Counted from the stretch's first letter, positions 1 through 10,466 are shown. The stretch: DNA of 64,000 nucleotides from Anaeromyxobacteraceae bacterium (GCA_047602405.1 JASGHJ010000001.1:704001-768000), one strand, 5' to 3'. Made by a program: numbers and translations. The notes: generated by a model from the letters alone, not told the origin.

Positions 1-97
1 GCCCGCACTGCTCGCACTGGAGGGCGAGGCCCGACGGCGCGACGCTGGCCTCGTCGACCTGGTACTGGGCCTTGCAGCGTTCGCAGCGGACGTCCAT
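1..97 (-). CDS. N-terminus of an MJ0042-type zinc-ribbon domain protein (runs off the window edge)
   Basis: Reverse strand from ATG 97 reads MDVRCERCKAQYQVDEASVAPSGLALQCEQCG, a CxxC-x20-CxxC pattern; not in the ORF track. Confidence 0.8.
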   Translation of the reverse strand, partial: MDVRCERCKAQYQVDEASVAPSGLALQCEQCG

Positions 98-167
98 CAC
101 GCACCCTTCCCGGGTAACGTCCGGGAGCGGTTCTGATTCTACGTCGGGGCCGGGAGATCCCGAAAAA

Positions 168-195
168 TTGACCCCTTGCGACCCCCCGATATCCT
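168..195 (+). promoter_or_regulatory. Candidate sigma70-type promoter of ftsK
   Basis: TTGACC (168-173), 16 bp, TATCCT (190-195). Confidence 0.5.
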
Positions 196-253
196 CGGCT
201 GGGCTCCCATCGGCAGGCGCACCCGCGCCCGTCCGCCGGGTGCCCACACCGCC

Positions 254-3061
254 ATGGGCAAGCCCGCTTCGAACCGCCGCCTCCCCGAGAAGAAGCCGAA
301 GAAGTCCCCGCCGAAGGGGGGCAAGGCGCCCTCGTCCGGCCTCGGCCGCGACATCGCCGCGGTCGTCCTCGGCGCGCTCGCCGCCGCGAGCGGCCTCGCG
401 CTCGCGACCTGGTCGTCGCACGACGCGACCCTGATCGCGAAGGGCTACGAGGCGCAGAACCTCTGCGGCCCGGTCGGCGACCGCGTCGCGGCCTGGACCT
501 ACTCCGCCCTCGGCCTCGCCGCGCTCGTGCTGCCCTTCGGCCTCGGCACCGCCGCCTGGCGGCTCTTCCGCGGCGCGCTCGCCCGCATCACCGTCGTCTC
601 CGCGCTCTCCTACGCCGTCCTCACCGCCTCGACCGCCGCCCTCGGCCACCTGGCCCTCGCCGGCCGCGGCTGGACGCCCTTCCCGCCCGGCGGCGCGGTC
701 GGCGCCGCCCTCGCCGCGCCGCTCGCGCGCCTCTTCTCCACCTGGGGCACCGCGATCCTGCTCACCGGGCTCGCCACCGTCGCCCTCATCCTCGCGACCG
801 ACCTCAAGGTGCGGAACGTCGCCGCGCACCTCGGCGCGCTCGGGGCCGCCGTCGGCCGCGGGCTCGCCTGGGTGGGCGGGCTCGTGACCGCGAAGGTCGC
901 CGACGCCATCGAGGAGCACCGCGCCGCCGTCGCCGAGCTGCGCGCCGAGGAGGCGGAGCGGCTGCGCCAGGAGGAGGCCGAGGAGGCCGCCGCGCTCGCC
1001 GACACCGCCGAGATCGAGGCGCTCGGGCCGGAGGACCACGAGGACGCCCGCGCGGTGGCCGGCGCGCTCGCGCTCGAGGAGGTCCGCCGCGGCAAGTTCG
1101 ACGATCCGGCCTGGGCCGCGCCGGAGCCGGTGATCGACGCGCCCGCCGACGAGAAGCCGAAGCGGAAGCGCCGGGCCAAGGCCGACGCGGGCGCGGAGGC
1201 CGTGGCCGAGGGCGCCGCCGACGCGACCCTGGCCGCCGCCGCGAAGGAGACGCCCGCGCCGAGCGTCGAGCCGAGCGAGGACGAGCTCGCGATGGAGCCC
1301 GTGGCGCCCGCGCCGGTGCGCCCCGAGATCGTCGTCTCGCAGGCGATGCAGGAGCGCGCCGCGCGCAAGAAGAAGGGCAAGGAGGCGCCGGAGTTCGCCT
1401 TCCAGAAGGCGGGCGACGTGTTCCGCCTGCCCACGACGGCGCTCCTCGACCAGCACGACGAGAAGGCGGCCGACGTCGACAAGACCGGCCTCACCCGCAC
1501 CGCCGACCGCATCGTCGCGACGCTCAAGGAGCACGGCGTCGACGGCGCGATCCACCACATCCGCCCCGGCCCCGTGGTGACGCTCTACGAGTTCTCGCCC
1601 GTCGCGGGCATCAAGCTCGCGCGCATCGAGAACCTCGACAAGGAGCTCGCCATGGCGCTCAGCGCCGTGCGCATCCGCATCATCGCGCCCATCCCGGGGA
1701 AGAGCGTGGTGGGCATCGAGGTGCCGAACAAGGACCGCGCGAACGTGTACCTGCGCGACGTCCTCGAGTCGGAGGGGTTCGTGCACGCGGGCGGCGTGCT
1801 GCCGCTCGGCCTCGGCAAGAACATCGAGGGGCTCCCGTACTGCGTCGACCTGCAGCGGATGCCGCACCTCCTCATCGCCGGCACCACCGGCTCCGGCAAG
1901 TCGGTCGGCCTCAACACCATGATCCTCTCGCTCCTCTACCGGCAGACGCCGGCCGAGGTGCGGATGATCATGGTCGACCCGAAGATGACGGAGCTCTCGG
2001 CGTACGCCGACATCCCGCACCTCCTCCTGCCGGTCGTGACCGACTCGCAGAAGGCCTCCCGCGCCCTGCAGTGGGCGGTCGACGAGATGGAGCGCCGCAC
2101 GCAAATCCTCGCGGACACCGGCTCGAAGGACTTGAAGAGCTACAACGCGAAGGTCGAGAAGCTCCGCGCCGAGGGCAAGACCTTCGAGGCCGCGAACACC
2201 TACGGCTCCGCGAAGAAGCTCGTGGTCGTCGACGTGACCGCCGGCGAGACCGAGGAGGAGGCCTCCGCCCGCGTCGCCGCCGCCGAGGCCCGGGGCGACG
2301 TGATCGCCTCGCCCGAGTTCGAGGACCCGACCGCCCCGCCGCCCGCCGACGCGGTGGCCGCGCGCGACGAGGCCGAGAAGAAGCTGCCCTCGAAGCTCCC
2401 GTTCATCGTGGTGGTCATCGACGAGCTCGCCGACCTCATGATGACCGCGCCGCGCGAGGTCGAGATCTCGCTCGCCCGCCTCGCCCAGAAGGCGCGCGCG
2501 ACCGGCATCCACCTCATGGTCGCGACGCAGCGCCCGTCGACCGACGTCATCACCGGGATGATCAAGAACAACTTCCCGGCCCGCATCTCCTTCCGCCTGG
2601 CGTCGCGGCACGACTCGCAGACCATCATCAACGGCCCCGGCGCCGAGAGCCTGCTGGGCGACGGCGACATGCTCGTCCTCACCGCGACGCAGCCCGTGAC
2701 CCGCGTGCAGGGCGCGTTCGTCTCCGAGGAGGAGCTGCACCGGGTGGTCGGCTACCTCAAGGAGCAGGGGAAGCCGGTCTACGACGAGAACATCCTCAAG
2801 GCCCGCGACGGCGCGAACGGCCTCGGCTTCGACGGCGAGGAGGAAGACCCGGTCTACGACCAGGCCATCGACCTCGTGTCGCGGATGGAGGAGGTCTCGG
2901 TCTCGAAGCTCCAGCGCGAGATGCGGCTCGGCTACAACAAGGCCGCGAAGATCATCGAGCGCATGGAGCGCGAGGGCATCGTCGGGCCCGCGAACGGCGT
3001 CAAGCCGCGGCAGGTGATGATCCGGCCGATCGGCGAGGTGTCGCCGGTGCCGAACGTCTGA
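254..3061 (+). CDS. ftsK: DNA translocase FtsK/SpoIIIE
   Basis: N-terminal TM region, GPVVTLYE, Walker A GTTGSGKS, VVVIDELADLMM, ATQRPS, gamma domain LQREMRLGYNKAAKIIERME; start placed at ATG 254. Confidence 0.97.
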   Translation: MGKPASNRRLPEKKPKKSPPKGGKAPSSGLGRDIAAVVLGALAAASGLALATWSSHDATLIAKGYEAQNLCGPVGDRVAAWTYSALGLAALVLPFGLGTAAWRLFRGALARITVVSALSYAVLTASTAALGHLALAGRGWTPFPPGGAVGAALAAPLARLFSTWGTAILLTGLATVALILATDLKVRNVAAHLGALGAAVGRGLAWVGGLVTAKVADAIEEHRAAVAELRAEEAERLRQEEAEEAAALADTAEIEALGPEDHEDARAVAGALALEEVRRGKFDDPAWAAPEPVIDAPADEKPKRKRRAKADAGAEAVAEGAADATLAAAAKETPAPSVEPSEDELAMEPVAPAPVRPEIVVSQAMQERAARKKKGKEAPEFAFQKAGDVFRLPTTALLDQHDEKAADVDKTGLTRTADRIVATLKEHGVDGAIHHIRPGPVVTLYEFSPVAGIKLARIENLDKELAMALSAVRIRIIAPIPGKSVVGIEVPNKDRANVYLRDVLESEGFVHAGGVLPLGLGKNIEGLPYCVDLQRMPHLLIAGTTGSGKSVGLNTMILSLLYRQTPAEVRMIMVDPKMTELSAYADIPHLLLPVVTDSQKASRALQWAVDEMERRTQILADTGSKDLKSYNAKVEKLRAEGKTFEAANTYGSAKKLVVVDVTAGETEEEASARVAAAEARGDVIASPEFEDPTAPPPADAVAARDEAEKKLPSKLPFIVVVIDELADLMMTAPREVEISLARLAQKARATGIHLMVATQRPSTDVITGMIKNNFPARISFRLASRHDSQTIINGPGAESLLGDGDMLVLTATQPVTRVQGAFVSEEELHRVVGYLKEQGKPVYDENILKARDGANGLGFDGEEEDPVYDQAIDLVSRMEEVSVSKLQREMRLGYNKAAKIIERMEREGIVGPANGVKPRQVMIRPIGEVSPVPNV

Positions 3062-3099
3062 GGGGGAGGAGCAGGGTAGCTTCCGCTTGCACCTCCCCG

Positions 3100-3145
3100 G
3101 TCATCCTGAGCGCAGCCGCCGCGAAGCGGCGGCGGAGTCGAAGGA
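3100..3145 (+). repeat. REP-like palindromic element, family A, copy 1
   Basis: TCATCCTGAGCGCA-GCCGCCGC-GAA-GCGGCGGC-GGAGTCGAAGGA; same flanks recur five more times in the window. Confidence 0.85.
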
Positions 3146-3577
3146 TGAAGGCCCGATCGCGCTCAGGTGCGCGCGCCCTCTTCCACGCTGACGATGAAGA
3201 AGCGTGCCGTCTCTCCTGCCCCAGCGCGGGTGAAGCTCGACGAACCCCGGAGGGAACGGGAACGTGGACGGGAAGCGCCGCACCCGGCGCAGCTTCACGT
3301 TGCCGTCCTGTTCGAACACGACCTCCCAGATCCGGCAGCCATCAGCTTCGCAGCGACGGTCCCTGTCCGCCTCGGAGGACGCTCCTGCGGAGTCCCAGAC
3401 GCGCCCACCGCACGCGTAGAACGTCGGCAGCTCACTGCCCGCTCTCACGAAGTCCATCACGGCGGGCACGATCTCGCGGCAGTCCGTCGACCGTGGCTCG
3501 CCGGGGTTGCTCCGCGTGGCCGCGCAGGCGAGCAACGGGAGCGAGAGCGCGAGCACAATGTGGCGTGTGGCGATCAC
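3101..3577 (-). CDS. Hypothetical lipoprotein; 3' end runs into the repeat
   Basis: Signal peptide with lipobox LLAC; C-terminal residues are translated repeat sequence. Confidence 0.5.
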   Translation of the reverse strand: MIATRHIVLALSLPLLACAATRSNPGEPRSTDCREIVPAVMDFVRAGSELPTFYACGGRVWDSAGASSEADRDRRCEADGCRIWEVVFEQDGNVKLRRVRRFPSTFPFPPGFVELHPRWGRRDGTLLHRQRGRGRAHLSAIGPSSFDSAAASRRLRSG

Positions 3578-3699
3578 GCTTCCCCTCCATCGAAGCCCAA
3601 CCTTTGCGACCCTATCTCAAACGCTCCCGCTGGAGGGAGTTCGGGGGCTTCACCGACCCGGCCCCCGGTGGTCTCGCTTTGTGTATTACTCTTCTTGGC

Positions 3700-4008
3700 A
3701 TGCCCAGACGGAAGTCCCGACGCCCAGGCCCCTCCCGCGCCTCACTGCGCGAGATCCCCGAGATCGACTTCAGCAGGGTGAAGGTGCGCAGGAACCCCTA
3801 CGCCGCGCGGATCGCGCTCGAGGGCGGGATCCACGTTCGCCGTGGGAGGCCGGCGAAGGGGCACGAGACCGGGCCGACCGAGCCGCGCTCGATCCGGTTC
3901 CCGAACGCGGTCTGGAAGGAGCTCGAGGCTGTCGCGAAGGCGCGCGGACTCTCGCTCCACTCGGCGATGCGGCGGGCGATCCTGGAGTGGGCGAAGGGCG
4001 CCCGGTAG
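3700..4008 (+). CDS. BrnA/CopG-like ribbon-helix-helix antitoxin, apparently orphan
   Basis: 102 aa: EIPEIDFS..RRNPYAARI..RGRP..SIRFPNAVWKELEAVAKARGLS; it is the tail of ORF 2071..4008. Confidence 0.7.
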   Translation: MPRRKSRRPGPSRASLREIPEIDFSRVKVRRNPYAARIALEGGIHVRRGRPAKGHETGPTEPRSIRFPNAVWKELEAVAKARGLSLHSAMRRAILEWAKGAR

Positions 4009-4327
4009 CCGCCGCCCTCAGTTGCGACACGTTCGCAATCACTTCCGCGGAGGAAGTTCCGGGGCCTCGCGCACCCGCCCTCGCAGGGACATCATCGATG
4101 AAGCGCCCGTCCGGGTCGGCGACGCGACGTCACCCAGTGTGAAGCTGGCTCCCGGGCCCGCGCACCTCCGTTCGCTGCAGCTTCGGACCCGCTCGCAGCA
4201 CGCACGCGGCGAACGACGCAGGGCCCCTGCGGCTTCTCGCCTGCAACGCAGTGGTGCCCGGTGGACCATCTTGCACGCTCGGTGTAGCCATGACAGCGTT
4301 CGGGTGTCGTCCGCTCCGGAGGTCCGC

Positions 4328-4999
4328 ATGCGCCCGTCCCTTCGCTCAATCGTCTCCCCGCTCGCCGCGCTCGCGCTCGGCGGGTGCGCCATGCACTATC
4401 GCGGGCCGACGGCCGGTGAGCCGGCGGCGATGGTGAAGGTGAGGCTCGACCTGGACACGGAGCAGGCGACGAAGCTCGTGCCTGCGCACAACGGGCTTTC
4501 GACCCTCGTCGCGACGGTGCTCGTCCACGAGGACGGCGAGGCGCGGGTCTTCGCGACGCGCAAGGTCCCGTGGAGCGCGATCGTGGACGGGAAGCAGACG
4601 CTCGGGACGATCGCGGTCCCGGTGCACGCCGGCAGGCCGGCCGAGCTCGAGGTGAAGCTCGCGGTGCGGTGGACGCGCACGAACCTCGAGAGTGTCACCG
4701 CGCGGGTGCCCGTGACCCGCGTGACGGTGGTCCAGGAGCCGGCCTGGGACAACGTGAGCCAGACCGTCGGGCTCGCGAACGTGAAAAAGTACGAGACGAA
4801 GGACGAATCCCGAACGACGACCGGCTGGGAGAAGCGCGAGATGACCGCCGGCTGCTCCGCGCGCGTCACGCTCGCCCCGGCGCAGGGCCAGACGTACGTC
4901 CTCGACTACGAGAACCCGAAGCTCGCGAACGGCTGCACGCTGGCGGCGTTCGTGGAGCGTGCCCGGCCCGACGGCTCGGTGGAGCTGGAGAAGCTTTAG
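4328..4999 (+). CDS. Hypothetical lipoprotein
   Basis: MRPSLRSIVSPLAALALGGC lipobox, beta-rich body, typical codon usage. Confidence 0.7.
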   Translation: MRPSLRSIVSPLAALALGGCAMHYRGPTAGEPAAMVKVRLDLDTEQATKLVPAHNGLSTLVATVLVHEDGEARVFATRKVPWSAIVDGKQTLGTIAVPVHAGRPAELEVKLAVRWTRTNLESVTARVPVTRVTVVQEPAWDNVSQTVGLANVKKYETKDESRTTTGWEKREMTAGCSARVTLAPAQGQTYVLDYENPKLANGCTLAAFVERARPDGSVELEKL

Positions 5000-5033
5000 T
5001 TGCCGGGGCTGCTCGCGACGGCTCCACGCGGCG

Positions 5034-6608
5034 CTACTTCACCGTCCCGCTCGCCGGCTTCACCACCGGCTCCGCGAGCCAGCCACCGGTGAACCCCGCC
5101 CGCTCGAGCGCGCGGCGCACGTGGGGGCTCCGGCGCAGCGTGTTCCACACGAGCCCGGTCCGGTAGTTCTCGATCATCGCGACGATGGGCCCCTGGTCGA
5201 TGGCGAGCCAGTCGGAGTCGACCCAGCCCTTCCCCTCCGGCGTGCCGTCCTCGACGACGCGGCCGTGGTGGAGGCGCATCGGGTAGACGAAGCTCGGGTT
5301 GAGCGCCTCCATGAACCCGTAGCGGCCGATGGCGTAGCCGCCGTAGCGCTTCCCCATCTCCTCGATGGCCGGCAGCACGATCTCCGGCGCGAACGCGATC
5401 GACGAGATGAGCCCGCTCGGCGAGAGCGTGCCGTCGTCGACCTGCTCGCGCAGGCTGATGCCGCGCGCGGCGTAGGTGCGGAAGGAGCGCAGCCCATCGG
5501 GCGTGTCGAGCTTCACGTCGATCGGGCCGTCGGTGGCCGAGAGGCCCCAGACGTTCTCGCCGTAGTCCCGCCAGCGGAGCGGGTTCATCATCGCGTAGGC
5601 GCGCTGCGCGTGCGTCGCCCGGCGCGAGTTCTCGAAGTAGTCGAGCCCCTTCGCGCGGCCCCACGCGTCGCGCACGCCCCGCAGGTCGTACCAGGTCTGC
5701 GTGAACTGGTGCGCGAACAGCGCCACGAACGAGAGGTGCTCCTGCCCGTAGACCGAGCCCCAGTCGCGATCGTAGGTGGAGGTCCAGGGCTCCCACGCCT
5801 CCGCGCCGACGCCGTGCTCCGGGTTCCCGAGCGCGACCAGGTAGACGATCATCGCCTCGCAGTTTCCCTTCCAGTCGAGGACGAGGTGCCCCGGGGTCGG
5901 CTCGCCCGAGGTCCCGGACGTGCGCCCCTCCACGATGAGGTCCGCCGCGGCGCGGCGCGTGTCCGGCACCCACCCGTGCGAGATGGCGGCGCCGCGGACC
6001 TGCATCCACCTCCAGTCGACGCGCGTGTAGATCGCGTCCGCGAGCCTGCGGATCTCCGCCTCGGCCGGGTCCGCGCCGTCGAAGTACCCGCCCGCGAAGA
6101 GCACGCCGCCCATGAGGAGCGCGGTGTCCACGGTCGAGAGCTCGATGTGGCCCCAGCGCGTGCCCGTCTCCGGCTCGAGGTACCGGTAGAAGAAGCCCTT
6201 GTAGCCCGCGGTGCCGTGCACCGCCGGCCCCTGCGGCGCGTCGTGCAGGAAGCGCAGCGTCGTGAGCACGCGCTCGCGCGCCTCGGCGCGGGTGATCCAG
6301 CCGCGCGCGGCGCCGATGGGAACCGCGGTGAGCGCGAAGCCCACGCCCGCGACGTGCATGTAGCTCTTCGTCGGCCAGCGGTCCGGGACGAGGCCGGTCT
6401 TCGGATCCGCGCGCTCCCAGAAGTAGAGGAACGCGCGGCGCTGGAGGTCGTCGACGAACGGCGAGACGGGGCGCTCGGCGGGGGCGGCGGCCGGCTTCGC
6501 GGCCGGCACGGGCGCGTCGGCGCGGGAGGCTGTGCACAGGGCGACGACCGAAAGGGCCGCGAGGACGCGGACGACCGCGGGGAGGACGGGGAGCGGGCAA
6601 GGGCGCAT
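5034..6608 (-). CDS. Secreted glucoamylase-like/GH144-family (endo-beta-1,2-glucanase-like) hydrolase
   Basis: Signal peptide; AFLYFWE..GLVPDR, GYKGFFY, ELSTVDTALL, LFAHQF, DYFENSRRAT, IDQGPI motifs. Confidence 0.85.
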   Translation of the reverse strand: MRPCPLPVLPAVVRVLAALSVVALCTASRADAPVPAAKPAAAPAERPVSPFVDDLQRRAFLYFWERADPKTGLVPDRWPTKSYMHVAGVGFALTAVPIGAARGWITRAEARERVLTTLRFLHDAPQGPAVHGTAGYKGFFYRYLEPETGTRWGHIELSTVDTALLMGGVLFAGGYFDGADPAEAEIRRLADAIYTRVDWRWMQVRGAAISHGWVPDTRRAAADLIVEGRTSGTSGEPTPGHLVLDWKGNCEAMIVYLVALGNPEHGVGAEAWEPWTSTYDRDWGSVYGQEHLSFVALFAHQFTQTWYDLRGVRDAWGRAKGLDYFENSRRATHAQRAYAMMNPLRWRDYGENVWGLSATDGPIDVKLDTPDGLRSFRTYAARGISLREQVDDGTLSPSGLISSIAFAPEIVLPAIEEMGKRYGGYAIGRYGFMEALNPSFVYPMRLHHGRVVEDGTPEGKGWVDSDWLAIDQGPIVAMIENYRTGLVWNTLRRSPHVRRALERAGFTGGWLAEPVVKPASGTVK

Positions 6609-6649
6609 GCTCCGTCCCTTCTACCGCGGGTCGCGCGCTCGGGGGCTCC

Positions 6650-9253
6650 TCAGGCGGGGCGGCGGGCGCGACCCGCGTCGAGGAGCTCGCCGACCCTCGC
6701 GAGGAGCTCCTCCGGCGGCACCGGCTTCGTGATGAACGTCTCGTCCGGCCGCAGGTGACCGCGGTCGGCGAGCACGTCGGCCGCGTAGCCGCTCGCGAGC
6801 AAGATCGGGATCTCCGGCCGGATCGCGTGGATGGCGGTCGCGGCCTCGCGCCCGTTCCTCCGCGGCATGACCACGTCGAGGAGGCACAGGTCGAATCGGG
6901 CAGGGTCGGCCGAGAACCGCTCCACGGCCTGCTGGCCGTCCTCGGCCTCGACCACGGTGTAGCCCGCGCGCTCGAGCGTCCGGCGGAACGCGCGCCGCAC
7001 GAGCACCTCGTCCTCGGCGAGGAGGATCGTCTCCCGGCCGCGCGGGGTCGCGGCCGCGGGCTGCGGTGCCGGCCGCTGCTCCGGCGCGTCCTCGCGCTCG
7101 AGCAGGACGCTGAAGGAGGTGCCCTTCCCGACCTCGCTCTCCACCGCCACGTGGCCCGCGTGCTGGCGCACGATGCCATCCACGATCGAGAGCCCGAGGC
7201 CGGTCCCCTTCCCCGCGGGCTTCGTCGTGAAGAACGGCTCGAAGATCCGGTGCCGGAGCTCCTCCGGGATGCCGCCGCCGGTGTCGGCGACCACGATCCG
7301 GACGAACCGCCCGCCGCGCCTCAGCCCGCAGTCCCTCGCCACCCGGGCGTCGAGCTCCACGCCGTCGAGCGCGATGCCGAGCGTCCCGCCGCCCGGCATC
7401 GCGTCGCGCGCGTTCGCCGCGAGGTTCACGAGCACCTGCTCGAGCTGGCCCGCGTCGGCCTCCACGACGAGGGGCTCGGGCGGCGTGGCGACGATGAGCG
7501 TCACGTCCTCGCCGATGACGCGCCGGAGCAGCTTCTCGACGGCGAGCACGATCTCCCCGACGTCCACCTTGCGGCGCTGGAGGACCTGCTTGCGGCTGAA
7601 GGCGAGCAGGCTCTGCGTGAGGTGGCCCGCGCGCCCCGCGGCCTGCCGGATCCCGTTCAGGCTCTGCCGGTCCTCGCCCTCGGCCGGCACCGCGTCCTCG
7701 AGCAGCCCGGCGAACCCGACGATCGCGGTGAGCAGGTTGTTGAAGTCGTGCGCGACGCCGCCGGCGAGGCGACCGACCGCGTCCATCTTCTGGGCGTGGC
7801 GGAGCTCCTCCTCCAGGCGCTCGCGGTCCGCCGCGGCCCGCCGGAGGTCCGTCACGTCCGCCGCCACGCTCGTCAGCCGGTCGCCGTCGAACGCCATGTT
7901 GAGGAGCAGGTGGCGCTCCCGCCCGTCCAGCCCGCGCAGGGTGAGCTCGACGTTGCTCACCTGCCCGCGGGTGCGGACGGTCTCGAGGAGCGACTCCCGG
8001 AGGCTGGAGTCGCCGTAGAACGGCTGGATCGGCCGGCCCACGAGGTCCTCCGCCCGGCTCGCCCCGACGATGCGCAGGAACCCGGGGTTCACGAACAGGA
8101 TCGTCCCATCCGCGGTCGTGCGCACGATGCCGACGAGCGTGTTCTCCACGATCGCGCGCAGCTCGCGCGTGGATCGGGCGAGCGCCTCCTCGCGCGCGCG
8201 CACCTTTCCGGCCATCTCCCCGAAGGCGCGCGCGAGCTCGGTGATCTCCCGGACCGGCACGCCCGGCAGCGGCGCGCTGGCCGAGGCGTAGTCGCCCGCC
8301 GCGACCTCGCCCGCGCGCGTCGAGAGCGCCTCGATGGGCCGCACGAGCCGCGCGGTCGTGAGCAGCCCGAGCACGGCGGACGCACCGAGGGCCACGATCA
8401 GCGTCACCGCGAGCAACCACCGCATCCGGTAGACGGCCGCGAACGCCTGCTCCACCGGCTCCGCCACGACCACCACCCACCCCGGCGTGGCGACCGGCAC
8501 CGCGCTGCCCAGGTAGCGCCTCCCCTGCCACGCGTACTCGGCGGTGCCCTCCGCGCCACGCACCGCCCGCTGCACGAGCGGCTGGTCGAGCATGCTCATC
8601 CGCTCCCGGGCCAGGGCCCGATCCTCCGACGCGAGGAACGTCCCCTCGCGGTCGAGGAGGGCGACCCAGCGGGTCCGCGGCCCCGGGTCGCCCCCGGACA
8701 CCGCGCCGATGAGCCGCGACAGGTCCAGGTAGGCGAGCAGCATCCCCTCGGCCCGGGGCACCACGAGGCCGACCCGCGGCTCGCCGGTGGCCATCAGGAC
8801 CGTCGCCGAGGACCAGGTGATGCCACGCGAGGACATCGCCGCGGCGACGTAGGGCAGGCGCGAGAGATCGGTCCCGTGCGAGTCGGGGTCCGGCGGTGAC
8901 ACCGCGACCACCCGCCCCCGCGGATCGAGCAGGTACACCTGCGCGATGTTCGGGTTCGCCCCCCGCCCCTGCGTCAGCGCGCGCACGAGCGTGGACGCGT
9001 CGGCGCCGGGCAGCTCGCGCTCGACGTGGCCGGCGACCTCGGTGAGCTCCCACCGCTCGCGCTCGAGCGCCCGGCCGACCTCGCCGGCGATCGCCCGCGC
9101 GAGCTCCAGGTTCTGGGTCTCGGTCTCCCGGCGCAGGGCGCCGAGCCCGAGGGCGCTGCCGAGCAGGCCGATGACGAGCAGGGGCACCGCCGCGACGAGC
9201 ACGAGCGTGCCGGTCAGCCGGAACCGCAGCCCGTCGGCGCGCAGCCGCGTCAC
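6650..9253 (-). CDS. Hybrid sensor histidine kinase (TM-Cache-TM-HAMP-PAS-HisKA-HATPase-REC)
   Basis: H-box AHDFNNLL, NARDAM, FEPFFTTK..GTGLGL, receiver LLAEDE..LLDVVMP. Confidence 0.95.
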   Translation of the reverse strand: MTRLRADGLRFRLTGTLVLVAAVPLLVIGLLGSALGLGALRRETETQNLELARAIAGEVGRALERERWELTEVAGHVERELPGADASTLVRALTQGRGANPNIAQVYLLDPRGRVVAVSPPDPDSHGTDLSRLPYVAAAMSSRGITWSSATVLMATGEPRVGLVVPRAEGMLLAYLDLSRLIGAVSGGDPGPRTRWVALLDREGTFLASEDRALARERMSMLDQPLVQRAVRGAEGTAEYAWQGRRYLGSAVPVATPGWVVVVAEPVEQAFAAVYRMRWLLAVTLIVALGASAVLGLLTTARLVRPIEALSTRAGEVAAGDYASASAPLPGVPVREITELARAFGEMAGKVRAREEALARSTRELRAIVENTLVGIVRTTADGTILFVNPGFLRIVGASRAEDLVGRPIQPFYGDSSLRESLLETVRTRGQVSNVELTLRGLDGRERHLLLNMAFDGDRLTSVAADVTDLRRAAADRERLEEELRHAQKMDAVGRLAGGVAHDFNNLLTAIVGFAGLLEDAVPAEGEDRQSLNGIRQAAGRAGHLTQSLLAFSRKQVLQRRKVDVGEIVLAVEKLLRRVIGEDVTLIVATPPEPLVVEADAGQLEQVLVNLAANARDAMPGGGTLGIALDGVELDARVARDCGLRRGGRFVRIVVADTGGGIPEELRHRIFEPFFTTKPAGKGTGLGLSIVDGIVRQHAGHVAVESEVGKGTSFSVLLEREDAPEQRPAPQPAAATPRGRETILLAEDEVLVRRAFRRTLERAGYTVVEAEDGQQAVERFSADPARFDLCLLDVVMPRRNGREAATAIHAIRPEIPILLASGYAADVLADRGHLRPDETFITKPVPPEELLARVGELLDAGRARRPA

Positions 9254-10350
9254 CGGACCCGCTCGATCCGACCGTCGCGGACGGTCATGACGTACACCTC
9301 GCGCCGCGCGTCCCCGCTGGCGTCGATCACCACGTCCCCCACCAGCCCGTGGTGCGTCCGCCCCACCACGGCCGCCTTGAGCGTGCGGCGATCGGCGCCC
9401 TCCGTGAGGCCGGCGGCGAGGAGCTGGACGGCCTCGGCGGCGAGCACCGCCGCGAAGTCCGGAGGCCGGCCGAACCGGGCCCGGTACGCGTCGCGGAACC
9501 CCCGGATGCCGGGCGCGTCGGAGGTGACGTCGATCTTGAGGGTGAAGAGCGCACCCTCCATCGCCGAGCCGCCGTGGGCCAGGGCGTCGCTCGTGAAGCC
9601 CCAGTCCGAGCCCAGGAGCGCGACGTTCGAGCCGCGCTTGCGGAGCTGCTGCGCCAGGGCGGCCGTGTCGAACGCGTTCGCGAGCACGAGCAGCGCGTCG
9701 GGCTTCGGCGCCAGCGCCGCGTCCACGAGCGCGCCCCAGGCCGGAGCCTCCCCCGACGTGAAGGGCACCTCTCCGACCACGCGTCCACCCCGGGCCTCGG
9801 TGGCCTCCCGGAAGGCCTCGAGCCAGGTGCGGGTGAACGCCGCGTTGGAGAGGTCGAGGATGGCCGAGACCCGCCGCGCGCCGCCGGCGCGGGTGAGGTG
9901 CGTCACGAGCGCGCGCGCGGAGAGGTCGTTCGACGGGTAGAGCATCACGAAGCCGTCGTCCCGGCCGCGGAAGGACGTCGCGCTCACGGTGGGCGAGACC
10001 ATGAGGACGCCCGAGCGATCCAGGATCGGGAGCGTCGCCTCGGCCATGGCGCTGGTGGCGTGACCCACGATGGCGACGACGCCGGTCTGCACGAGCTCCT
10101 CCACCGCCCGCCGCGCCACCTCGGGGTCGTTGCGGTCGTCGCGCACGACGAGCTCGAGCGGCCGCCCGCGCACGCCACCCGCCGCGTTGAGCTCCTCGGT
10201 GGCCAGCACCGCGCCGTTGCGGCTCGACAGACCGAGGTCGGAGTGGCGGCCGGAGAGGCCGCTCACGAGCCCCAGCCGGACGGGCTCGGGCTTCGCGCAG
10301 GCCGCGAGGAGGAGCGCCGCCGCGAGGAGGCTTCGCCGGGGGTCGAGCAT
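9250..10350 (-). CDS. LivK-like (type I periplasmic-binding) lipoprotein
   Basis: Lipobox LAAC; EELNAAGGVRGRPLELVVRDD motif; 4-bp overlap with the kinase start. Confidence 0.9.
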   Translation of the reverse strand: MLDPRRSLLAAALLLAACAKPEPVRLGLVSGLSGRHSDLGLSSRNGAVLATEELNAAGGVRGRPLELVVRDDRNDPEVARRAVEELVQTGVVAIVGHATSAMAEATLPILDRSGVLMVSPTVSATSFRGRDDGFVMLYPSNDLSARALVTHLTRAGGARRVSAILDLSNAAFTRTWLEAFREATEARGGRVVGEVPFTSGEAPAWGALVDAALAPKPDALLVLANAFDTAALAQQLRKRGSNVALLGSDWGFTSDALAHGGSAMEGALFTLKIDVTSDAPGIRGFRDAYRARFGRPPDFAAVLAAEAVQLLAAGLTEGADRRTLKAAVVGRTHHGLVGDVVIDASGDARREVYVMTVRDGRIERVR

Positions 10351-10466
10351 GGCGGGGGCAGCCTAGCGGCGGAGCGCTCCGCGCCTCAAGTCGGTGAAGA
10401 CGCTGACGGGCGTGGAGGCCGACCGGAGCCCGGGTCGCCTTGACCTGCGTCAGTCCGCCGCGCGGC

